In this document: positions 1 to 11,000 of the stretch, piece after piece | Layout of the letters: every line of letters begins with the position of its first letter | How positions within the stretch are numbered: position 1 is the stretch's first letter | Assembly: GCF_009834535.1 (NCBI RefSeq) | Contig: NC_045703.1 | Span: 51,026,001 to 51,090,000, forward strand | Source of the DNA: Camelus ferus | Lineage: Eukaryota | Length of the DNA stretch: 64,000 bases | Direction: 5' to 3' | Notes under the pieces: model-generated | What the model saw: only the letters and a program-made list of their open reading frames with translations | The model's database searches: none | Told to the model about the DNA's origin: nothing | Made by a program: the position numbers and the translations under genes

Positions 1-366
1 TTTATTTTTCTGAGTGATGTAAATGGGGAAAGCCTTAGTACAAATAATTGTCAATACATGAAAATTAGGCAACTGAATAGGCAAATTATGTAGCATGCAT
101 CAGTGAGACACCAACTAATCACATTTTTTAAGCTGGTCAAACATTCTAATTTCTTGGAGTGTCTAATCCAGGCTTGCATGTTCTTTTGGGGGATCTTTTA
201 AAACTGTTTCTACACTGGTACATAATCTAGGTTTCCCCCTAGGGTTATTTTACCGAGTGCCCCATTTTGCACTTTCTACATAATTAACACTATTGTTTTA
301 TCCTAAGATAAGGAAACCTCAAGTACTCGAAAACTAAGTGAGTTTTAACTGCTGAGCATGAATAAG

Positions 367-645
367 TTTCATCAAATCAGCAATATTTATTTAGGATCTG
401 TCTACCATATGCTTTGGTTGGTGGAGTGAGGAATACAAAGTAGTAAACAGATTAATTCCCACTCTCAAATAATGTGTAATTTTCTACTTGGGGATATATA
501 CATAAAACTTACAACGAAATCAGTCTATGATAAGAGTTAAGTGAATGGAGGAGATAATAAATATTTATGGGAATTGAGAAGATACCATTGCTTGGCATGG
601 TGTGATCAAGGACATTTTCATAAAGGTAAGAGCTTGAAGAATGTT
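367..645 (-). mobile_element. L2 LINE 3' fragment
   Basis: caaatcagcaatatttatttagg... resembles the reverse-complement L2 3' terminus, followed by typical L2 body sequence. Confidence 0.55.
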
Positions 646-1629
646 CAGATAATAATCAGGTTTCATTTTGGTTTCTCTTTTACTTTCTTTTTCTGTTGTC
701 AACAAGTGTGGATTTATTAGAAGAACAGAGGTGTATTTTTAAGAACTCCAATAAGAGAAAGGCAGTCAGGCTTTTGGAAGCAGCCATGATAAGGTTTTGG
801 AAAGCCTCAGGACTTTGTCTTCCATATCTTCCTTTGCTTTTCTGGTTACCTGTTTTATACTCTTTTCTGCCACTTTGGTCCACGGAGAGACAATCCCATA
901 GCTCCAAAACGTACAGGTCACACTTTCAGCCACCTGCAGAGAGAGAATCCCAACTGAGAATTTCTTGGGGCGGTGAGGGGGCATGGGTAGTGGTAAAGTT
1001 GTTAGTTCGGGATAAATAATTTAAAAGACGCAATTTAGAAATCATTCTCAAAAGGAAAAGAATTTAAGATTCTCAGCTCACCACCAGATCTTCTCCCAAA
1101 CATTTCTCAAAGACTGCTGCTTATTTTCCCATTTTCTTAGACTTCTTGTGTAGCCAGGTTTTTAGACGTTGTTATGTAGTGCACACTAGGTAATATATCC
1201 ATTAACTAATTATATTCGCACCTGCCTCCATCTGTTAGCAGATAAGCAAGAACTGATTGTACTACCTCTCTACTAAAAGGCTGTGTCTTAAATCAGGATA
1301 GAGCATTCTAGAGCAAGGTGGTAATATTTCCCACATACTCTCAAGGGATCAATCAGTTGGATACGTTAAATCAGTATGTCTAGTCTGTATCTTTGCTTAT
1401 AAAGATGGAGAATGTTTGCTTCAGATTATTTTTGGAGAAAAGATGGCTTCTTGAGGGGAAAATCCTGAAATATGAACCAAAATATTTCTGTTGTGAGGCA
1501 TAAAAATGTTTGGAGTCGGTTTGTACAAATCAGTATCCAATCAAAGTCCAAAGTTTACATTTTATGGTTAGGCCTTTGATCACAGGACAGTCCATCACCT
1601 CCCATTCCTCCGATCTCACCTTATTATAC

Positions 1630-2075
1630 CATGGATTTACTGAAGAAATGGAGTCACTGAAGGTCTATCAGATGGTACTGACTCGATAAAATGTGTTTAA
1701 GAAGGAATAGTATGACCTATATTGAATTTGAAATACATTGAAAGAAATATGATACGAAATTCTGGGTGACTACATTATGGAAAGACTACTGTATTCATGG
1801 AAAGAGATGATGGTGGGCTGAATTAGGCAGTTGGATCAAGGAATGAAGGGAGGAATTCATCTTAGATCCAATCCAAAGGATCCAGTCCATATTCTGAAAA
1901 GCGTAACAGCAATTACCTAAGATCTGTCATAACTTAAAAAGTGAGAGTAATTATTTATAAGCTTTTATTCAAATGTTTAGGCACTATCATTAGGCAGTGA
2001 TCTCTCCCAAGAAGCATTCAAGAAAGAGCTAGATGACCAGCCATCAGGAATGATGTAATCTTCAGGCAAGAATCT
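1630..2075 (+). mobile_element. L3/CR1 fragment (degenerate RT piece plus 3' end)
   Basis: gtgatctctcccaagaagcattcaagaaagagctagatgaccagccatcaggaatgatgta (about 1995-2060) matches the recalled L3 3' end; similarity upstream of that is weak. Confidence 0.5.
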
Positions 2076-5000
2076 CTTCCTCTTTCCTTCCCGTTCATCC
2101 TCAACACGTGATTGTCCAAACTGTATTTGAAGAGGAAGTGTGAGAGGAAACACACAGCTTTGTGAGGTAGCCCATTTGGGGCCTAAGCATCTGTAACTAT
2201 TAGAACATTTCCCCTGACAGCCCCAAATCTGTCTAGTTGGCTTGTGTTCTATCTTCTAGGGCTACATAGAAGAAACCCCATGTGTTGTCGTTTTCTCTCT
2301 TCCAGACCAAATCTTTTCAGTTCCTTTACCTGTTTCTCATTTTCCATATTTGGTCCCCCTTTCTAGCCATGCTCCCAATTGTCATTGCCCTTTTTGGAGT
2401 TTGCACCCAGAACTGCACACCTTTTATGAGGGGCAGTCTAACCTGAGCAGAACGGAGAGTCTGCCAACACAATTGTTTCAGGTTCTGTAATTTGTTAACA
2501 CAACCAAAGGTGACAGTCAAGGTTGTAGCAACTCCTTAAACTCTTCACTCATTTTGAGTCAACAAAATTCCCAAAGGTATTCTTTGCATGTGCTACTGTT
2601 TGAACATGTATAGCTGGTAAGCTCACCTTGGAATCTAAGTGTAAAACATTATATTAACTATATTGCATGTTTCCTTGTTGGAATCAGGCCATTGCTCTAA
2701 TCTATCAAGTTCTTTTTTGAACCTTAAACCTGACATCTGGTGTTTCAGTCATTCTTCTCAATCTTAAATCATCTGAAAGTTTAATTAAAAAGCCAGCTCA
2801 ACCCATAGTAATTAAAACAGAAATATTAAATAGAGTAGGACTGTGGATGTAAACCTCCTGGAGATCTCTGTCTAAGATGACATGGTTTCATGATCAGCAT
2901 TTCCTTGGCTGTGGTTCCTTACTAGTTACGATGCACTTAATTGATTATATTCTAGCCCCAAATTTTCCTTCCATCTCCAAGGATATTGAAGATCATTAAT
3001 ATTCTCTGCCAACAGCCTTCCATTGGTCTATCCAAATAAGCACTCTTCGGTTAAACGAGACGAGTCCAACATGGCTTCCTTATGGTGAATCTCTGCTGAT
3101 TCCTCATCTCTCCTGAACAAGCTTGCCAGACGGTGATCCAGAAACTTCACTTTCCTCCCCTTTGAAAATCAAGATCACATCTGCCGAACTCCGCCTTTTT
3201 GGAACCTGTGCCATCCTTCGCTGTCACAGATTAAAACAGCAATATGATCTTTCTGGGGACTTCTCTCAGGCAGTTTGTTATTCTAGGCCAAGAGACAACC
3301 CTACTTTAAGTACTGGGTTTCAGGAGTCTTTTGTCAGAGTTGGAGCCCTCATTGCGGGTCTGAAGATTATTCTCACTGATGAAGACAATGGAAGCCAAGT
3401 AGGTGTAGAAAAGTGTGTTTTCCTCCCTGTGTCCTGTTGACATTACATCATCCGGCTCTGGAGCAGGTCCTTGCCTTCCCTGTTCTGCTTCCTGCTTTGC
3501 GCTCACCCCAGATCTCCCCACCGTGCACTGCAGCACTTCTCACACGCCGGACTTCCTACGACAAATCAGCATCTCAGATGCTGGATGGACCCTCAAGTAT
3601 ACATTTCTTCTTAATTATGAGTTTCTTCAGTTTTTCTGGGTGTCTTTCTAAAATCTGAGCTGAGTTCCTTGAGAGTCACATCAGCATCTTTGCTCACCTT
3701 CCGTTTGCCTAGGCTGGGTTATCTGCGGAGATCAGTAGTCACTCAAACCTTTTAAGTCACCTCTATTTTATAGTTGAAGTCACAGGCTTACACCAACCTT
3801 TAACAAAACCCTTTCTGAAATGTCTTCCTAGGTCTAGTTGAAATGTCTGACCTTCTTCCAGGGACGTGGATACTTTTCCTCAAGTTTCTCAAGGAAGCAA
3901 TGTGGTCGTGGAAGAGGTCTGAATTCTGAGTCAGGGCTTGGCTCAGAGCCCGCACCTGCTCAAACTAGCTGAGTGACCTTAGGCCAGTTCCCTTCATCTC
4001 TCTGAGGCTCAGTGGAGATAATCATGCATTACTTCACACAGGTAATCTCGCATCTCACAGGGTCATGAGATGAATAAATGAGGTGATACATATTAAGTGC
4101 CTTGAGTGATATCTGATCCATGGTGGGTGTTCAGGAACTGTTTGTTCCTTTCCTCTTTGCTTTTCCTTCTCCTCCCTTCAATCCACCTACCTGTCCTCAC
4201 TTGTTTTCATAATTCATGGAAAAAAACTCTCACAGTTTTTTTGTTCCTTTAGGGAGACTCAATATCCAGCCAGGTAAGTAAGAATGTGCCAAGCTTCTGC
4301 CTTTAGCGTGGATGAATCCAGCTGCCAGGGCAGTAAAAATCTCCCATTATTGCCACATCTTGCCTCTCTGCTGCTTTTGCAGTCTGGGTCATTTCCTCCA
4401 TCTGGTCAGGTGTTAACTCTAAAAAATATTTAGAAAACACCGAAAACATGCTTGGTTCTTTGTCCTTAGTTCTTGTGTTTAGGTTTCTGCTCCAAAACAT
4501 AGTCATCTTTTACATCACCAGGATAGCTTTTCCATTCTAGATAAGTCAATTCTGAGGAATTTGTATAAAAAAGCTTCAGTGGAGAAGCCAAAACAGTGTT
4601 CTGTCAGCAATGCCCAGAATGTTGAGGGACAGATTTGAGCCTGGCCATTTTGAGTTGGGCCCCTTGTAAATCATTAGCCTTCCTTCATTTCCAGACTCAG
4701 GGCTAAGCTGAAATGTTGTGCTTCCTCAGATGCTTCTTTGACTTTCCTTGCTTCCTCCAGTTAAAAATACTCATTGTTTGGGGTTTGAATGAAGATAACT
4801 CTTTACATTGAATATTCATTACTACATGTTTCCCTGTCTCTTTGCTTGTTTCTGGCTCATTTTCCCCTGCTGCTAAGGTCTTCTTCAAAGTGGACCTGAT
4901 CTGGACAACACAGGCGGGCTCTGCTGAGATGCCTGCAACTAACCCTCCCTGTTGGCAAAAATATACTTATCAGCCTCCGGACCAAGTGTGCATCACCCAG

Positions 5001-5190
5001 ATGACAAGGAAGGAAGCAGGAAATGGGGGAGGGGAGCACGTGCTTCTATCACTGGAAGATTTCTTCCATCTTAAGGGACAACCTATTGAAATAAGGCCAC
5101 GCGCCTATTAGAATGCCTATCTCACAGGTCAGAGTGACTCCTCATTGCCATTCATTCACTCTTCAATCTCTCCTCTTTGAGTCAATTTAA
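2075..5190 (-). mobile_element. Near full-length L3/CR1 LINE fossil (ORF1 C-terminus, ORF2 endonuclease+RT, 3' end), interrupted by a MIR
   Basis: Minus-strand motifs in CR1 order: EVNEW (about 5150-5165) and DAHLVRRLISIF..ANR (about 4950-5000; CR1 ORF1 DGVHL..GK.IFANR); QDVAIMGDF (about 4340-4366; endonuclease VVMGDFN); REENTLFYTYLASIVF (about 3380-3430); IKLSDD (2785-2768; RT KFADD); VQFW (about 2410-2420); then L3 3' UTR. Confidence 0.9.
3897..4150 (+). mobile_element. MIR inserted into the L3
   Basis: ctagctgagtgaccttaggccagttcccttcatctctctgaggctcag core and MIR 3' tail; L3 similarity resumes on both sides. Confidence 0.75.
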
Positions 5191-6196
5191 AGGTTTTTTT
5201 TTTGTTTTTTTCTCCTATGACAATAGGCTGCCAAAACTCCTGGAGTGTCTGGGAGCATCAACGGTGGCACAGAATAATGTATACCTGGTTTCATTTGGCA
5301 GCCAAGCCCAGAGACAGGCTTTTCACTTGCCGTGGCCAGAATGTCTACAAAATGAGGAAATATTTATGTGCTCAAATTCTGGAAGGTAGAGGGAGGCGAG
5401 CTGCTTCAGTGAACGGTCAAAGGTCAGAGCTAGATGGGATGTTTTGTTCCCAGGCGGCTTCAGTTGAACACATGTGGAAGCACATCAGAGGCTTGAAGGA
5501 AGCGGGCATGGAACTCCCCACCAGCCTATGCCAAGTGGTGACCAGAACAGATGCGAGCAGAGTGATAAGCCCAACATCCCACAGCCATGGAAATGGGGAA
5601 ACTCACTTGGAAAGAACTGGAGTGGAAAGGTCAGGAGAAAAATGCCAGCATCTCTGTGTGGGCGAAATTATGTGTGAGAAACACTGCACCAAAAAATGTG
5701 AAGGCAAAGGGCACTGCCCTGGAGTCCAAGTGGCGACGCTTTCGGTGCCTTCACCCCAGTGGAGTGCGGACTGTCCCTCACTGTTAGTGCATGCTCTCTG
5801 GTCCACTCTTGCTGCTACTTGGTCTCAGCTAGTTGGGAAAGCGCCTGCTAATGAGCTGCTTGTGAGAGAAAACCCTTTGGCAATGAGCAAGACAGGAAAC
5901 AATTTTCCCCTCCCGATATTTTTAGGATACTTACAAAAACTTTGGGAGCTGATTGTTCTATGTTCATTATTTCCTCCTCATTTGGTTATGATGTCACTCA
6001 TGAATCACTAATTTATTGAGTATTAGCTTTGTGCCAGGCTCACGGGAGGCTTATGATCAGCCATGGGGACCCAAGGGCCCATAAACTGGGGAGTTTGGTG
6101 ATTCATGGGACCAAGGACTCAGGGAAGCAAAGATTAAGAAAAGCAATAGATAACATTAACGCAGATCTTAATAGGGACCCAGGAATGGGATAAAGA

Positions 6197-6221
6197 GGGG
6201 TGGGGGGGAGGGCAGGGAGGG
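6197..6221 (+). other. Potential G-quadruplex
   Basis: ggggtgggggggagggcagggaggg: five G-tracts of 3 or more with 1-2 nt loops. Confidence 0.6.
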
Positions 6222-6744
6222 AACGTCTCCCAGCTTAGCAGCTCTAATTGTATGAGAACCATTTCAAGTTTCTGGTTACTGTATTGTGCCCTTTGAAAGA
6301 AAATTGATACGTTCTCCCATCGTGATACAATACACTCAGATTTTCTGATATTAATGATGGAGTAAGAATCTTATGTCGAAAGAGACAACCAGGCCCTGTA
6401 GCTCTGACCTGTTCCTTCTTCCTGGGAGGTTTCTTTCAGTCCTCACTGCCGCTACCACGACAGCCTCTGGCAGCACTGCTCCCTCCTTTACATCCTTCTC
6501 TTGGCGGAAAACAGGGTCTAAGTTCTTAATGTCTCCTAGAAGAGCATTCAACAGAAGCAGTGAAAGACAGAAATTCTCTGAACCTAGATAATGTGGTTTA
6601 CAAGATGCACTTACCATCTGGGACCTCTGCACCTCCTCCCATCCCATCTCTTGGTGGGATGTCCCCATAAGCTAGACCTCATCTCAGCACCCAGGCCCAT
6701 GCTCCTTACATGGAGAGAGAGAGACAAGTTCAACATGTCTGCAA

Positions 6745-6960
6745 AAGACCATCAAAGGCTAGTGGTTAACGTTGGGTTCTGGAGCCCAACAGACTAAATT
6801 TGAGCCCTTGCTAATTCCACCACTTACTTGCTGAGTTCCACAGGTTTTCAGCTACTAAATGATGATGATAATTGGGTGGTTATGAGGATTAAATGAATTC
6901 CTAAAAGCAGAGTCCTTGGAACAGACCTGGCACAGATTTAAAGCTCACTAAATTTTAGCT
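6745..6960 (+). mobile_element. MIR
   Basis: aaatttgagcccttgctaattccaccacttacttgctgag...ggttatgaggattaaatga...cctggcacag. Confidence 0.75.
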
Positions 6961-9099
6961 TCAAACTACACAATAATCATCATATCAGCATCAAGGTCGT
7001 TTTCTCACAGTTTGTTTTCTAGGAAATATTCTGACCTGTAAAATCTTCTGTAACACAAGCTTCTGTTTAAGTCAAAACTTTCTTTCAGCATTGAGTGGTC
7101 ACTGATCCTCGGTTGAAATAATGTGCTATGAACTTAAAACTGCTCTAGAAAATATAGCCTACTTTTTTTTAAAAAAGAAAAATAACACTGATGAACGATG
7201 GAAGCAGAAATGCCTTCCCCTTTCCAAAATCACTCCGATAATTGTCTAAACTTTTCTTTTGTATTGATGGCTGCATCCTGTCTAATGAAGACAAATTCAA
7301 AGAGAGGAAGTCCCATGATGGGATGAAATACCACCTGGGAGTAGTCCCAGCCTTCTCCCACCCATCAAAGAGGGTCCACTCATCACTCGTGCCATTGCCT
7401 TGCTGGCAAACATGGGGTCTTTCTGACTGCGAGACTCGGTAGATGGAGATGCAGAGGGGGAGCGAGGAACGGGCAAGAAAGATAAGCCTCGGGGGCTGAG
7501 AGCGGAGGGAGACTTAGCACATCGTGGAGAGAGGCAGCGTAGGGGAGGAGAGTTTCAGAGGAAACAGAATCGTAAGAGTCGTTGTGGTTGTGTACTTGGA
7601 GCCCTTTCACAGTTTTTGTTTGCTTGTTTGGTTTTTTCAAGCCACTCAAGTCAAGGATTAACGTAATCTTTCAAAAACTTCTTTTGGCCACCAGACTGTA
7701 TTTCTGCAAGACATCAGCAGTCAAAGAAAGCACAAGGTGTTCTCCAACCTAATGAAGGATGCAGACATAAGCTTTTGAACTTGTAAATCCAAATGTGATG
7801 GTCTATAGATTCTCTGTTCCCCAAATACCAAGGTCTATTCTATTTTAAAATTTGAATTCCACTCCTGTTAGAATCTTCATCTGACAGGCCAAAATGCTTC
7901 TCCATTTTCATTCCCTTTTCAGCCTTGCCCCTCCAGCTCAGCCTCTGCTCAGTCACAGGCTGTTTTTCCCCAAGAAAGAAACTGACTGCATTATTGGAAT
8001 TCCTTAGCTCCTCAGTTGCTCCCTATCTCCAGCAGTTTTAAATTCAAGCTTCTCAAATGGTCCTGACCTCCCATCACCAATCCTCCTGAAGCTCCCCGCA
8101 CTGTCCAAGCCCCAGAACACCACCAGCAGCGCCCCAAACAGGCGGGGCTGCCCCAGGTCCCGCACCTTCCAGCTGGCTTCTGCTACTGCTCACCCTTCCT
8201 AGTCTCAGAATGTCTACCACGAACTCTAGGGAAACCTCCCAGCTGGCCACCCGCTGTCCCACCTCTAGTCCAAAGAGAAGAAACCACTTCCCCTAGCAAT
8301 TTTCTTTTCCTTGTGCAATTTCTGAATTTTGCTGTAAACGTTAGCTTTTACCTGATGCCTCCACTCTGCTTCCAGAGAGCAAGCCTGGAGTTCACAGCCC
8401 ATGAATGCATCTCACAGTGGACACAGTGATGCAGTATGGAATTAACAAATGAATATATGCACCAGCATCGGGCTGTGTGGTGTTTTTAAAGTAAACTTGG
8501 AGCATCTGAGCACCATTTCTCACTGCTTTTAACCCAAAGACATTCAAATGTCCACGGACACTTAGTTTGTTTCTCATGTGAATAATTTCTTCTACTTTGA
8601 CAATATGTAATCTCACAGTTGACTGTTTTATACCATGAAACTACAGACCCATGGGGAGAAGCCTCTGAATTTATCTGGGCCAACCTGGAAATTACAAGAA
8701 TACTTTTCCATTTTTACAAGAACTTAGGGGTGCTTCATACATGGGTGACATGATCAATGTTGAGCTGAACTGACAGCTGGAAGACAAGACGATGTGGCAG
8801 AGAGAGGAATGGAGAGGCATCCACCTGGAAAAACCATACCTCTTGCTGAATGCAATTCTCTGTCTTCTCCATCGCTGTGCTGGGGCTGCTGAGCGCAGCT
8901 GGGGAAAGGTCACCTCAGTGGACAGATTGGTGCTGCTGTGATCTCTCAGGCCCTCAGCACTCCTTCCAAATTTCCCTAAGGAGCTGCTTCCCCAGTCTCC
9001 ACCTTCTTCACGTCGGCCATCCCTATACCTCCCCAGGAGAAAATAGAAGTCCTTAGATGGAAATCTTGGTAACGACCTACCACTAGAACTTCACATTTT

Positions 9100-9460
9100 T
9101 TTGAAGGATGTTTTCAGTTGCAAGTATTCGAAAACTCCACTAGTTTCATCAGTTAAGATAATTTTGTCAGCTCATGTAGCAACAAGTTAGTGCTGGGCAT
9201 TTTCAAGGACATCATCAAACTCTCAGCCTTCCTCCCACCGCGCCCCCGCCCCCACCAGCCTCAGCACGGCAGCAGGCGCGCTCCCAGTTCCAGGCACCGT
9301 TACCTCCAGAGACGACAACCTCGGGGAAGGAAAACATCCCCAGAAGTACTTCCAAGCCCACAGCAAATTTCCCTTCATGTCTGCTCAACCAAACTAGATC
9401 CCACGTCCACCCCTCAGTCCACCCCAGGCAAAAGGAATGATGATTCCATGTGCGGCTTCT
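9100..9460 (-). mobile_element. MaLR LTR, old MLT1 (H-L-like)
   Basis: aggatgttttcagttgcaagtattcgaaaactccac... and cccagaagtacttccaagcccacagcaaatttcccttcatgtctg...gatcccacgtccacccct match old MLT1 reverse consensus. Confidence 0.7.
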
Positions 9461-9611
9461 TATAGTTGCCGTTCACGTTAAACTGAGAGGCAGGTTGCCT
9501 TTCTTAAGAGGTTGATAACTGAACAAAATTGAAGGGTAGGCCCACCCCTACCAGCCATCCCTCCTTTACTAACAGAAACTCTTAGTTTGATGCAGACCTT
9601 TCCTTACACAT

Positions 9612-9775
9612 AGTAAAGAGCTTGACTGACATGTGTTGAATAAACAAGTGGGTCTTGGCTCCTCGCTTCAGCCCTGCCACTGACCAGCCGTGTGGTTTTA
9701 AAACATTGATTGAACTTCTCAGAGCCTCAGTATCCTTTTCTGCAAAAGGAGGGATTTAGTGAAGTTTCAGTAAGC
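9612..9775 (+). mobile_element. MIR
   Basis: ccctgccactgaccagccgtgtgg...aacttctcagagcctcagtatccttttctgcaaaagg. Confidence 0.7.
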
Positions 9776-10799
9776 TTAACTATTGCTGCCTTGATTTCCA
9801 TGACTCCTCAGTGAAGGAAAAAGGCAGCCACACCTTATGAGTACCTAACCTGTCCAGGGAATGGCTGTGACTCAGGACGTTTGTAGAAACCGTCAGCAAT
9901 GATTGCTATGGCCGACAAGAAAGAGAGCAGCAGTCTTTTTCAAGCCCAGCCCTGGCTCAGGGCTCATACCTGTGAACAAGTTCTGGTTTCAGCTCAAGGG
10001 AGCAAACAGGATGGCCTGTTCTTGAGGAATTCAGCTCTGGCCCCATCCCACCCAAAAAAAGACCCTCTCGGGCCCTTCCTCCTGTCAGGTTGCTGCAGTG
10101 GGGAAGTTGATCTCTGTAAGCCATTGTTTTCAAAGCACAGAGAGCTCTGGACTTTCCCAGGAATTCCACGGGAATGTAAACATTCTTCAGGTCCAGGCAG
10201 GAGCCAGCGGATTTCCTGAGCCTGTCCCAACATCACACATGTTTGGATCCCAAGGATTTGATACTTTCTAAAAAATTTTTCAGACTTTTTTTTTTTTGCC
10301 TTCTTAGGTATAATTTTTTTCCTATCTCTAAACCTAGAATACATCCGACATCTGTTAATATTGATTCTCTGAAATGAAAGAGCGAGTCAACCGAATAATA
10401 GTTCTGTGATAAAGATGTCACACAATTTGACAAGGTTCTTGACTCCAGAAACTGTTAGAAATACAAGCTCATCAAATGTCCGCTTTCATGTTGGCTTGCA
10501 TGCTGTCGCAATCCCGAGTCTGTTTTTATTGACTACAAAGTCCTGCCCTTCCTTTGCCAACATGCCTTTGCTGCCCGGCACAGCTCCCCGCGCAGTCCTT
10601 CAGACACAGAGGACCACAGGAAGGCCGGTGCGAGCAGGCTGATGCCACCCCGTGTGTTGAGGGGACTGTACTTACAATTTTCTTTTTCTTGCATCTGTCC
10701 CTGTGTCATGTCACATTGTGGCTCAGAAACCACACTGCCCTTCCCCATTTCCCGAACACACTGGATGATCAGAGGCCCGATAGCCCTGTAGTCTCGTGA

Positions 10800-11000
10800 A
10801 AAGATGACTTTAGAGACAGGAAGATCTGGATTTGAATATCAGTTGTGTTCCCTTTGAGCCCTCGTGACCTGGGACAAACTACCTATGGGACAAATTACCT
10901 AACTTGTCCGAGACCAGATGCTGTTTCCCTATTTGTACAATGAGGATAATAATACTCCCCAGGAGGGATGGTGGTGAAGATTAAAGCAGAGAGCACATGC
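10800..11000 (+). mobile_element. MIR
   Basis: gacaggaagatctggatttgaatatcag...gtgacctgggacaa...tgtttccctatttgtacaatgaggataataatac. Confidence 0.75.

Noticed and set aside
4681-4700. tccttcattt resembles the start of miR-205
   Set aside because: Diverges after 9 nt and lies within the L3 fossil
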